From contig NW_021834872.1 in assembly GCF_006345805.1 (NCBI RefSeq), positions 1 to 59,751 of the forward strand: DNA of 59,751 nt, written 5' to 3'. The notes beneath the pieces are model-generated. The model worked only from the letters and a program-made list of their open reading frames with translations. It did no database searches and was not told the origin of the DNA. The stretch is from Octopus sinensis. Taxonomy: Eukaryota. Both the position numbers and the translations under genes were made by a program. Shown piece after piece: positions 11,868 through 23,836 of this stretch (the first letter of the stretch is position 1; every line of letters begins with the position of its first letter).

Positions 11868-12270
11868 TCTCTTTTACTTGTTTCAGTCATTTTGACTGTG
11901 GCTATGCTGGAGCATCGCCTTTAGACGACGAAATTGACCCCGAGACTTATTCTTTGTAATCCCAGTACTTATTCTATCGGTCTCTTTTGTCGAACCGCTA
12001 AGTGACGGGGACATAAACACACCAGCATCGGTTGTCAAGCAATGCTAGGGGAACAAACACAGACACACACACACATACATACATATATATATATATATAC
12101 ATTTATACGACAGGCTTCTTTCAGTTTCCGTCTACCAAATCCACTCACAAGGCATTGGTCGGCCCGGGGCTATAGCAGAAGACACTTGCCCAAGATGCCA
12201 CGCAGTGGGACTGAACCCGGAACCATGTGGTTGGTTAGCAAGCTACTTACTACACAGCCACTCCTGCGTC
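11868..12270 (-). mobile_element. SINE family A, full length, young; inverted relative to 9631
   Basis: Reverse complement shares the diagnostic variants GCTAACC, GCATCTTGG, TGCTATAGCCCC and GCCTGTCG with the 9631 copy. Confidence 0.9.
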
Positions 12271-12539
12271 TGATAGTTCAGTGTTCCCAAAGAATCGTTA
12301 TATATTCTCCCTCTAGCTGGCAGAAACGTTAGCACGCTGGACCAAATGTTCCTCAATATTTCACCCCTCGCTATGTTCTGTGTTCAAATACCGCCGAGGT
12401 CGATACTGCTTTTCGTGCTTTCGAATTAAATACCAGTGAATCACAGCGATCGATACAATCGTCTAGTCCCCTCCCCACAAATTTTAGGTCTTATGGAAAG
12501 TATTATTATTATTATTATTATTATATTATTATTATTATT

Positions 12540-12870
12540 GAGTGAGCGAGCAGAGCATGCCATCAAAGTGACACTGGGGTAAAATATACGAAGCCCAGTA
12601 TACCCATCATGACTACCCGTCTGATAAGGGTACACCAGGCACATGCATCACAACCATATGTGTGCGACATGGTGATCTCATATCAGATAAACAGCACATG
12701 ACCTTGCAGGTGGAGCCCAGTTAGAATTTTCTTCAGATCAAGTAACCCATCCCGCTCAAAAGTCCCTGAATAAGGGTTGTTTAAGGACGTTGAACGAAAC
12801 ACCCATGTTTCCAGAGGTGAATTATTCAAACCCCAAAGAATCCTTCTCAACACATGGCTATGATGCTCCC
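12540..12870 (-). mobile_element. Unclassified interspersed repeat family D, truncated copy between (TAT)n tracts
   Basis: Colinear and highly similar to 13481-13845 (GCATGCCATCAAAGTGACACTGGGGTAAAATATAC...CATGACCTTGCAGGTGG...CATGGCTATGATGCT). Strand inferred from the (AAT)n tail. Confidence 0.8.
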
Positions 12871-12928
<58 letters not shown>

Positions 12929-13480
12929 TATTATTATTATTTGGGTGGTGAGCTGGCAGAAACGTTAGCACACTGGGCGAAATCCTTAGTGATACTTCGT
13001 CTGCCGCTACGTTCTGAGTTCAAATTCCGCCGAGGTCGACTTTTCCTTTCATCCTTTCAGGGTCGATTAAATAAGCACCAGTTACGCACTGCGGTCGATT
13101 TAATCGACATAATCCGTTTGTCTGTCCTTGTTTGTCCTCTCTGTGTTTAGCCCATTGTGGGAAGTAAAGAAATAGGTATTTCACCCCTCCGTACGTTCTG
13201 AGCTAAAGTTTCGCCGAGGTCGAATTTCCTTTCATTCTGTCGGGGTCGATATGTTAAGTGCCAGGGAAATACTAAGCTCGATCTGATCGACTAGTCCTTT
13301 CCAAACAAATTTCAGGCCTTGTGCCTATAGTAGAAAGGAGTATAATTGCGCCGAGGTCGACTTTGCTTTTCGGGGTTGATAAATAATGCACCAGTCAGGT
13401 ATTGGGGTCGATGTACTCGACTCATCCCCTCCCCCAAACTTGCTCTCCTTGTGGAAAAAATTGAAACAATTATTATTATT

Positions 13481-14052
13481 GAGTGAGACAGGGGTGCATG
13501 CCATCAAAGTGACACTGGGGTAAAATATACAAAGCCCAGTACAAACATCGCGACTACTCGTCTGGTAAGAGTACACGAGGCATATGCATCACAACCACAC
13601 GTATCAAGATAAACAGTGCATGACCTTGCAGGTGGGCCCAGTTAAAATTTTCTTCGGCTTGAGTAGCCCATCCCACTCAAAAGGACCCTAAATAAGGGTT
13701 GTTTTAGGATGCTGAACAAAACGGCGGAATTTGAACTCAGAACGTAGCGGCAGACGAAGTATCACTAAACAAAAGTTTCCAATGGTGAATTATAAAAACA
13801 CTAAAGAATTATTTTCAATACATGGCTATGATGCTTCCCAACTACTTCTGCTCGTGATCAAAGATGCACATATCGTCAGCCACTAAGGGACATGCTCAAC
13901 TGGTTATGGTCAAACAACTGATAAGCAAATCTGTGGTATTGAGCAGAATATTTGCTGTAGCCCATCTTTTATACCAAGACAAAACAATGCACACGATAAC
14001 ACTTCCAAACAGTTAAGATCAGAAGCCATGAGAGCCGCCGCCTGATACTGCA
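13481..14052 (-). mobile_element. Family D repeat, longer copy (~570 bp), with a short family-C fragment inserted near 13720-13770
   Basis: Same left end as the 12540 copy; flanked by TTA triplets on both sides. Confidence 0.8.
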
Positions 14053-14864
14053 TTATTATTGTTGTTGTTGTCGTTGTGTTGTTGCTGCTGCTGTTGTTGT
14101 TGCTGTTGTTGTTTGTGTTGCTCTTGTTGTTATTGTTGTTAAGGCAACAAACGGGCAGAATAGTCAGCAGGCCGCACGAAATACTTAACGACATTTCTTC
14201 ACATCTTTAGGTTGTGATCCGAAATACGATCGAGGTCGACATTTGGCCTTCATTTCTCGGGGCTAAATAAATAATTACCAGTAGAACGCTGGGGTCAATA
14301 TCACCGACTAGTCCCGTCCCTCAAACTTTCAGGCCTTATTGCCAACACTAGAAATATCGCTACCTTATTAAGGTAGCGAGTAACGAGGTCACATTTGCCG
14401 TTCATGCTTTCAGGGTTGTTGAAATGAATACCAGTTGAACACTGTGGTCGATATTATCGACTAACCGCTTCACCCGAATATTCTGGTCTTGTGCCTATTG
14501 TAGACAGAATTATTAAGGCGGTGAGCTGGTAGAATGGCAAGAACGCTAAACGAAATGCTTATCTTTATTTGTTCCAGCTCTTTATCTTCTAATTTCAAAT
14601 CTCACCAATATCAGTTCTACCTTTTAACCTTCGGAAGTCAATAACAAAAGTATTAGTGAAGGATCGGAGTAATCGACTGCCTACCCACCCGAAAATTACT
14701 GTCTTTTGTCAAGATTAGAAAGAATTATTATTATATTTGTTGTTAATGTTTTGCTTATTGAAATATCGCTTTTGCTGTGACTCGTTTTAGTTGGCTGTCA
14801 ACCTTCAAATGATCTTAAACATAGTGGGTCGGCCTAATAGAGTAGGTCTGTGGAAGACTGATAT

Positions 14865-15236
14865 TGTACGATCACGATTTTGCTTCTGGGTTTTACTCGG
14901 GACACCCTTCGGTCACGACACTGACCATGGGATTGCACCTAGAAAGTTACCCTCATAGTCACAAGTCTGGGCAAGGTGGTTTATGGAAGCCCAGCAGTCG
15001 CCCATGCATACCAGCCTCCCCTCTCCACGCCACCTGTGTTATCCAAGGAAAAGGCAGCAGCCGATACAGCTTGGCACCCGTGACGTCGCAACTCATTTCT
15101 ACAGCTGAGTTAACTGGAGCAACGTGAAATAAAGTGTCTTGCTCAAGAACACAACACGCAACCCGGTCTGGGATTCGAGCTCACAACCTCACGATCGTAA
15201 GCTCGACGCTCTAATCACTGAGCCATGCGCCTTCAC
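14865..15236 (-). mobile_element. tRNA-derived SINE (head 2 + tail 3)
   Basis: Reverse complement: GGCGCATGGCTCAGTGATTAGAGCG...GCTCGAATCCC, core TGTGTTCTTGAGCAAGACACTTTATTTCACGTTGCTCCAGT, then a tail unlike the other copies. Confidence 0.75.
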
Positions 15237-15519
15237 CCTGGGTTTCACTACATATCTGATATTACAATTTTTAATTGAGGACATTTCGAAATTTATATTT
15301 TCTTTGCAATAATTTTGAATGATGAAATTGTAACGTCCATTATGGAGCATTATCACTTATAATACCATATATAATGATATCTAATCTACGAAGATCAATT
15401 TTTCAGTCTAACAGAATATGAAATTAACAGAGATTTTTGGTTCACAGGTTTCATTTTTCGACAACTTGATTATGTCCCTCGTCTTTACTCTATGTCTCTC
15501 GTCTGTATCCATATATTTT

Positions 15520-16330
15520 CTAAAGTGACCAGTATAAATATAGACAAATGTTATATTGTCGCTTGAAAACCCTCTGAGTTAACATTTCCTTGTCTGGTAC
15601 CAAATTATTAATATTTTCTACTGGCTGATTGTTCGTTGTAGCAGTGAAAAAAATACTTTTCCTCACTGAATTAGTGATTAATGCTTGATCTCGTGGAGCT
15701 ACTAACAAATTCTCGGTTTCTCTCTTGAAATCTTCAGTTTGGAGCAACTCACACTCAGTGTAATTTTTCTTCACATTTTTGGTCTCTATGGAACTATCCA
15801 TGTCACTGCATTTCTTATAACGCATTTTTCTCTTACAAATTTTCCGGACATGAAGAGGAAAGATCTCAGTTTGCATAATTCCTTTTCTTCAATTCTCTTC
15901 ATGTAAGTCTTATTCCCACTGCAGCATTCTTAAATACTTCTCCACTCTTTGCAAATTGTTGGCTTACAGATTTCTTTATCTCCGTTCCACGCAATCAGAA
16001 ATACTAAGACTTATTTCACGTTTCATGTATAAATGATTGACAATTGCCTTCGATGAAGCATTCCATGCTTTACCAGGTTGTTCCTGTTTGTCCGTTTAAT
16101 GTATTAATTTCATCTTTCGTCTAATCCACTATGCAAGTAATAAAATATTGCACGACAGCTGCTTCCATTTTGATTGCATTTATCAAGTTCTTTGAATTAA
16201 TTTAGGACTTTTATGAATATATTATTTGCAAATCTAATACTTTTACATTTTCTTTCCTATATCATCGACTTCCCTTATACCAAGATACATATGTCCAGTA
16301 TCATCACGTCTCAAAATCCATTCTTCCATT
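15520..16330 (-). mobile_element. Decayed R4/Dong-like (restriction-like endonuclease class) non-LTR retrotransposon fragment
   Basis: Colinear remnants GHMYLGIREVDD, KNLINAIKMEAAVVQY, PLH, and ETENLLVAPRDQALITNSVRKSI. These resemble the YKYLGI.EAD, NLIKAINTWAV.VVRY and ETESLL.AAQDQAL.TN motifs of this clade (recalled). Many stops and frameshifts. Confidence 0.65.
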
Positions 16331-16551
16331 AAAATGGGAACCATTTCCTCTCTTTATGGCTAAAATTGAGCATTTTCCTACACCGAACTACGCTCAAATG
16401 TCACTTCAATGGCCACACCACTATTATTTTAACGAATGGTCTGTCGCCTCTTAATGCATCGCAATATATCCATCCATATATTATAGCCGATATATATAAC
16501 TGCCATTCTTTCTAGTATATAGGCCATGTTAATTTTTCTTAACGGTAAATT

Positions 16552-16762
16552 CGGTGAGCTGGCAGAATCATTAGCACGCCGGGCGAAATGCTTAGCGATA
16601 TTTCGTCTGTCTTTACGTTCTTAGTTCAAATTCCGCGAGGTCGACTTAGCCTTTCATCCTTTCAGAGTCGATAAATTAATTACCAGTTATGTACTGGGAT
16701 CGATGTAATCGACTGGCCGCCTCTCCCAAAATTTCGGGCCTTGTGCCTAGATTAGAAATGAA
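16552..16762 (+). mobile_element. SINE family C, well-preserved copy
   Basis: CGGTGAGCTGGCAGAATCATTAGCACGCCGGGCGAAATGCTTAGCG...GAGGTCGACTTAGCCTTTCATCCTTTC...TTGTGCCTAG. Confidence 0.85.
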
Positions 16763-17349
16763 AAAAAATTCTTAATGGCAATGGAGTAACTATTGGCATC
16801 ATTGTCGCGAAAACTTTTCCTAAGTACTAGGACTCATAGTGAGAATTACCCGATTTCCATGGCGTATAAGTGACTGACATTACATTTTTTTTTCTGAACA
16901 AACGTCTATTCATTCATTATTGGGTTGACTACTGCAAAGTAAAAGGAAATAATTTGCTCAAGAATACAACATAGAATTCGGTTCAGGAACCAAATTTACG
17001 ATTATGCGATCATATGTGCAACACAATCAGCACTTGGCCATGGGCCTTCACTATGATAGCAAAGAACAACAGCTGAAAGAGTTATCCTGGAAGATACGCC
17101 TTTAACGGCTACACTTCTCAGTGATCTTATGTCCACCAACAAGCTGTGCTTCAGTCTAGCATTGATATAGAGTAATATACAGACTCAAGTATAATCTGAA
17201 ATTGCCTGGATTATTTCTTTGTGTTTCAGACTTTGCCAATTTCCAAGGAACCAAAGAATATTAATGAGACAATCTCGTGTGTATAAATAATAGAAAAGAT
17301 ACGGATAAATACATTTATATGCATTTGATATGTTTTATCTTTCATCATT

Positions 17350-17690
17350 TATTTCTTTCAATCATTCGACTGTAGCCAATCAGTGGCATCACGCTGAAGA
17401 ATTTAGTCCAATAAATCGACACGAGAGTTTGTTGTTTTATTACAGTCTGGCACTTATTGTATCGGTATTCTTTTGCGGAACCTCCATAATACAAGGACGT
17501 AAACAAAAGAACGCCGGTTGTAAAGCTGTCAAATGGGATGAACGCAAAAACACACGCACATAAACACATATACAGTCGCATACGTATATAACAGGCTTTC
17601 GTGTAGATTCTGTCAACCGTATTCACTAACATGGAATTTGTCGGCCAGGAACTATAGTAGCAGATACCTGCTCAAGGTGTGCTGTGCAGT
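17350..17690 (-). mobile_element. SINE family A, strongly diverged
   Basis: Recognisable blocks ATCGGTATTCTTTTGCGGAACC, CCGGTTG, ACAGGCTTTC and CTATAGTAG.AGA.AC.TGC.CAAGG. Confidence 0.6.
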
Positions 17691-17911
17691 TAATACTTTT
17701 GATTAATTTGGAGCTCCAAACCTAATTCTTCGATCATATAAGGTGCATCGGATATTTTGTCGCCACATTAAATAGCTTACAAGGATGCTATACAGTCAAC
17801 GTTGTATAATACTGTAACACATCCCTGTTACATCAACATGTTTTACAGTATCAACGCTCATATCCCGCTCATGTAGGGTTAATGCATTCAAGGGAAACTC
17901 AGACTCCAAGC

Positions 17912-17975
<64 letters not shown>

Positions 17976-19287
17976 GCTAGCTAGCTACTAAATTAGCATG
18001 ATAGTATGGAAAGCACATCACTAACAAGTGAGATAAATACAAGCATGAACTTGGTATACTTTTATGGGGTTTGTTACAAATGTTTCAGAGTTCGGTAATT
18101 AAAAGATGTTACTCTATAATTGCAATCCATCGATGCACCTTATGAATGCAACACACATTATCTTCCGGCACAAAAATAGAAATCTCAGACATACAGTTAC
18201 GTTATTCTGCACGCTTGCCTCTCTTCCTTCTACTAATGTGGATCAAGTGACCTATGTCGCTACATTCTGGTTGGCGATTAACTCATATTTTACGTAGACT
18301 ATTTTATATTTGCGATTAGGGAGCTTAAATCCTACCACATCTGTTCCCCCTTGCTCTCCTCTCCTTGGTTTTGTATCTGTCGGGTTTTCACATAAGTTGT
18401 TTGTGGTTTGCTTCTCTGAGGATATCTCCAGATTTGATCGTGTATACTGTACATAAGATGCTTCTTTTGAGCGCCTTTATGGTGTTCCCAATTTCATTAT
18501 CGTATACAGAAAAACGCTAAACAGATAAAATAAAGGGATATTAAGCTCACGCCCACGTTCTTTTCTCTACGTGTGGTTAATTAATAAATGTTTCAATAAT
18601 CAATTAAATAATCCATGTTATCAGAACGCGCTCTTTTATTCAATTTAAACGGGCCTGTTTAATCTTGCCCAAGTTTGCTAAGTTTACCTAAATTTAAACA
18701 AACAATACCTACTTGCTTTAAAGAGAAGGACAAAATATATATTAATTAGGTAGACGTACATTACATATTAAACTACGTATGTCTGCGTGTGTGAGTGTCA
18801 TTGCGTAATTGCATATGTGTGTGTATGTTTTCTCCATTAGGCGCATCTTCTCATTCTCTTCTCTTCAGTCTTCTTTTTATGTACTTAAATACCTGAAGAA
18901 GATATTAAGTTCGAAACGTCAAAGATATTTCCACTGTCCTAGTCTCTAATTAAGCGCCAAACTAATAATTTTACATCGTTCTTAATTTTTCTTGTTGCTA
19001 TTCCTTTCGACGATCTTTGAAAATCTAAGTATTTGCAGGAGTGGGTGTGAGTGCGTGCGCGCGCAGGTGCATAGTTTAATATGTAATGTGCATCTACCTG
19101 ATTGATATATTATTTATCCCTCCATATAAAGCAAGTGGGTTTTGTTTGGTTAAATTTAAGTGAAAGTTTACATAAAAGTGGCCAGGATTAAACTGGCCTG
19201 TTTAAATTAAATAAAAGAGCGCTTGCTAATAACATGGATTAATCAGTTGATTATTTAAACATTGGTTAATTATCCACACATTCTCCT

Positions 19288-19775
19288 TAATCCTTTTTGC
19301 CCCTTGTGAAGCAGAGGGCCTCAACAGTTGTTTTGCGTGTTTCTTGTCTGCTCCCAATGTCAAGCCGGTGGTCCTGAGCTCGTCCAAAATGCTCCGCTTC
19401 CATGTCTGCTTCGGGAGTCCTCGCTTCCTTTCCCCCCGGGGGTTCCAATCAATTGTTTGTCGTGTTACATTTAAGGGTTCTTTCTGCAGTGTGTGTCCGA
19501 TCAATATCCATTTCCTTCGTCCAATCTGAACGTGTATGGGCTCCTGGTTGTCCCTTTCCCACAGGTCGGTGTTTGACACTGTCGAACCACTTCAGATGGA
19601 GGATCTGCCGGAGACATTTGTAGATGAAGGTCTGGATCTTCTTGTAGTTGCTGCAGATCTGCAGATGGCTCTCCATGTTTCAGAGCCATACAAAAGCACA
19701 GATTTTACATTTGAACTAAATAAACTGAGTTTAGTTCGAGTTGAGATGGCAGTGGACTTCCATAACCACCGAAGA
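19288..19775 (-). mobile_element. RTE-clade LINE 3' fragment, frameshifted
   Basis: TKLSLFSSNVKSVLLYGSETW / KIQTFIYKCLRQIL / SNTDLWER..QEPI...IGRRKW..IGHTL...TRQ..DWNPRGERKRGLPKQTWKRS, spread across three frames. Confidence 0.85.
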
Positions 19776-20456
19776 ATTAGCCACACATAGAATGATTTAA
19801 AGAATTTGAAATGTTGGCTCATACTCACTTTTCAGATCGAGGTTAGATCTTATGTTTGCATAGAAGTTAGCCTCATTTTGAAAAACTACAAAATGCTTAC
19901 AACACGCTTATAACTTGCCGTGTGCAATGAAAGCAACGATCTCACTAGTTTCAATTGTTCTTAAACGTTAATCAGACAGAGAATATGTATTCCGTGTCGC
20001 AGAGACATTAACTGCTTAAGCTGGTATAGTGAATACAAAATGCAAAAGTTTGCATGAACAGACACTCTAGATTAATATGATGTTCATAGAGAGATCAGAA
20101 TTCTGACTTTCTTGTGGTATGAAGTCATCCTGTTGGACTTAATTTGTACTATATCTTCGTGCAATAAATGAATAAGAATATTATCGAAATACTATCTCGC
20201 AATACAAGACAGTACGGTATCTTTGCTATTTATACGAAATGAATTGTAAAGTGTCCACTCATTGCTCCAAGATACAGTTATTCAATCGTAGCTTATTGCT
20301 ACAGTTCACTATCAATAAAACCTCACTGAATATTTTGTTAAATATATGTATTTAATTTTTAAGCTAATATGAACTACTAAAGGGTGAATAAGAAACTAAA
20401 ATGGACGTCATTATTCTTAAATACACAGGCCAAATATATATATATATTATATATAT

Positions 20457-20588
20457 ATTTATTATATAGAAGGAGCTTCTACAGGACTAGAACTGTTTCA
20501 TTCAAGAGAAATCTTCAGGAAGCTTCCTGAAGATTTCTCTTGAATGAAACAGTTCTAGTCCTGTAGAAGCTCCTTCTATATAATAAAT
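20457..20588. repeat. Perfect 132-bp palindrome (no spacer), probably head-to-head PLE terminal-repeat fragments
   Basis: 20457-20522 is the exact reverse complement of 20523-20588, centred on GAAG/CTTC. Confidence 0.95.
20522..20570 (+). ncRNA. Type I hammerhead ribozyme fold (mirror copy on minus strand at 20475-20523)
   Basis: GCUUC-CUGAAGA-UUUC(UCUU)GAAU-GAAACAG(UUCUAGUC)CUGUA/GAAGC. Helix I GCUUC:GAAGC 5 bp, helix III ACAG:CUGU 4 bp, GUA cleavage after 20565. The 10.1-11.1 pair is a non-canonical U-U. Confidence 0.7.
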
Positions 20589-20672
20589 TAATTTTACTCT
20601 ACTATGTATTGAGTACCTTATTTACTGTGGTTAACCCCGAATCAACCCGGGACCTACATATATATATATATA

Positions 20673-20703
<31 letters not shown>

Positions 20704-20788
20704 GTGCGCGCGCATAGGGAGTTATGTATTATGTGTGTACTGATATGTATATTATATCATGTGTATATTTTTTTTTAATTTTTTTTTA

Positions 20789-21148
20789 CTTCTTTCTGTT
20801 ATTTGGCTGCGGCCATGATGATGCACCGCCTTTAGTAGAACAAATCGATCCAAGGATTTATTCTTTGTAAGCCCAATACTTATTCTATCGGTCTCTTCTG
20901 CCGAACCGTTAAGTTACAGGGCGGAAGCATACCAACATCGGTTGTGAAGCGTTGTTGGGGTGGGAGGCGGGGACAAATATATATATACGACGAGCTTTTT
21001 CAGTTTCCGTGCATCAAATCCATATAGAAGGCTTTCGTCAGCCCGTGGCTATAGTAGAAGATATTTCTCAAGGCTACCACGCAGTGGGACTGAACCTGGA
21101 ACCATATGGTTGGGAAGAAATTTTCTTACTACACAGCCACGCCTGCAC
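20789..21148 (-). mobile_element. SINE family A copy
   Basis: CTGCGGCCATG...TATTCTATCGGTCTCTTCTGCCGAACCG...CACGCAGTGGGACTGAACCTGGAACCAT...CACAGCCAC. Confidence 0.85.
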
Positions 21149-21193
21149 CTTGGATATATATATTTATAGTCTCTCTTTCTCCCTCTTTTTCCG

Positions 21194-21233
<40 letters not shown>

Positions 21234-21261
21234 ATAGGAGATATAAAGAAAGAGAGAGAGA

Positions 21262-21292
<31 letters not shown>

Positions 21293-21452
21293 AGAGAGTG
21301 CTAGAGACTGAGAGACAGACACTCAGATAGATAGATGGACAAAAATAGATAGGGCATGTACGTATGTCCCTGAAAACACGCACAACTCTAACAAAATTTG
21401 CTATGTATCTACCTATGTCAATTATATATACATACACCACACACACACATAA

Positions 21453-21509
<57 letters not shown>

Positions 21510-22063
21510 TATATGCATAAATATATATAACAGAAGTTCGTTGCAAAGCGAGCGCACAGTAGGAGAGATCTTCAGAAGATTCCCATCCGACAAGTTTTTC
21601 AGCCCTCATACCTGACACTTTTTATATATACATACGTATGTATTCCAGCGAATGTTACTGATTTTGTTTAATGCAAAATGCATTTGGCTTAAAATTTGCT
21701 GTCGAATACAACATGAGACCACTGCGAATGTATATGTTATTTATGGAAATATTCGCACACGAATGGCGAGTGAAGAACACTTAGGACATTGAAAGTATAT
21801 TAGATTTCTTGTGAGATAGAGAAAGATACACGACGCGACGTGGTAAAAGTGTATCAGACAGGGCTACTTAAATAATATAATATATATATATATTATACCT
21901 GTATGCGACTCTCTCTCTCTCTCCCCCCTCTCTCTCTCTAATATAAATACACATACATATGTGCATGTTCTCATAGATATGTGTCAGTATAGATCAACAA
22001 TAATAAGCCAATACTGAAAGATTAGCAAAAATGTCATTCATATAGATAAGTATATAGATATAC

Positions 22064-22115
<52 letters not shown>

Positions 22116-23041
22116 GCATATGTATATATATATGTGTGTGTGTGTACGTCTGTGTATGTGTATATGTATACACACATGCTTATATATATCATATATATAT
22201 ACAAACATATATACATATAAAAATGTATATATATAGATAGATAGATGCACGCATACATTTGTATATATAAATATGTTTATATATGTACACATATATGTCG
22301 ACTAATACATATATATATGTAAGAACACACATTATGCACACATATATGTATATCATTACATATGTGTACGAAGTCTCAAAGGGCCTTAAAATTCACACTT
22401 CACACGCAAACTATATTTTTTTTAAATACATGTGATTCAAAAAAAAAAAAAAATAAATAAAATTACTAAAACAAAATGAATCAAAGTCAGAGATACATTA
22501 TTGTTATTATTATTTTTATTTTGTCATTCTTTAGTATTGATAGATGTTTATTGTATTTTATTTTTTACTCTTTTTTTTCCAAATGAATATTATGATCTAT
22601 GGAACAAAGGGACGAATTTTTTACTGATGGATAAATGAGTTCATCTGAAAATAAGATTTAAAAAAAAAAAAAGATTTGATGGAATGAAAAAAAAAAATTT
22701 CCTTGGGATTTCATCTTTATTTGTCTCTTCATACTTCATATTTTATGCATGTTGACAACTTCAACAAACATTTTTGTCACAACAATACAATATTTTTGAA
22801 AACTGGTGGGGGAGAAAAAGGGGTTGGGAGAGGAAAAAACGTGTGGTGTATTTGAATGATAAAAAAAAAATGAAAAAGAAAAATTAATTTTAAAAACAAC
22901 AACAAAAAACAAATATAGATTTTGAACTCTTCAAAGAAGTGTATGATATATAAACATATATATATACGTATACACATATATACATGTATATATATGCATA
23001 AGTATATAAATACGTGTGTGTATATATGCATACATACATAT

Positions 23042-23072
<31 letters not shown>

Positions 23073-23211
23073 CATGTATATATGTGCGTATATATACAGA
23101 GTCTGTACGTCTGTTTCCATTTGTGGATATGTATGTTTTAAGTTTCAGTGCGCTGATACGAAGTTGTTACGTACAGACACACTCATACACACTACACACA
23201 CACAACATATA

Positions 23212-23264
<53 letters not shown>

Positions 23265-23805
23265 CTGATGTATGTATGTAGGTTGTGTTGCATATATATG
23301 TATGCATGCATACGTGTGTGTTTATGTGCTTGCATATGTATGTATGTGTATGTGTATGTTTACCTCTATATATAAATAATATTTTCATTACAATGATCAT
23401 CAGTAATTAATTGTTTATTTATTGATATGAAATCATTTCGTCCATCAAGGTTTTATTGCAATATCTGTAATAGGTATCCCGGATGTATTGGTCGCTGTTT
23501 CAGTTCTCCATCAATATACTGTATTGATCTTTATATTGAAATTTTTGTATTGTCTTTCATTGTTCTTTTCCATGGAACTTTTTCTTTTAAATTTATTCGT
23601 TTCCATATATGATTTATCAACTTAATTATCATACTCATATTCATATCTTCATTTGAATATAATTCAGAGTTTTTGGTGATGTGTATTCGTATATATTTTT
23701 TAAAGTCAAATATTAGACTCCAGTCAATTTGTAATTCTTTTTCGTAAATGTCATATATACATGAGATTTTTATTTCATTCTTGCTTTTGGCTGAATATAT
23801 ATGTA

Positions 23806-23836
<31 letters not shown>

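Larger units (their letters stand above)
12315..14720 (+). mobile_element. Pile-up of about 8 full or partial SINE family C copies, all in + orientation, interleaved with two family D copies
   Basis: Repeated GGTGAGCTGGCAGAAACGTTAGCAC...CCGAGGTCGAC...TTTCAT...GTCGAT motifs near 12315, 12943, 13185, 13345, 14155, 14375 and 14517. Confidence 0.8.

Noticed and set aside
23420-23790. AT-rich minus-strand stretch reading KLINHIWKRINLKEKVPWK, faintly like a PLE endonuclease segment
   Set aside because: The similarity is too weak, there are internal stops, and no GIY/YIG motif; needs an HMM search.
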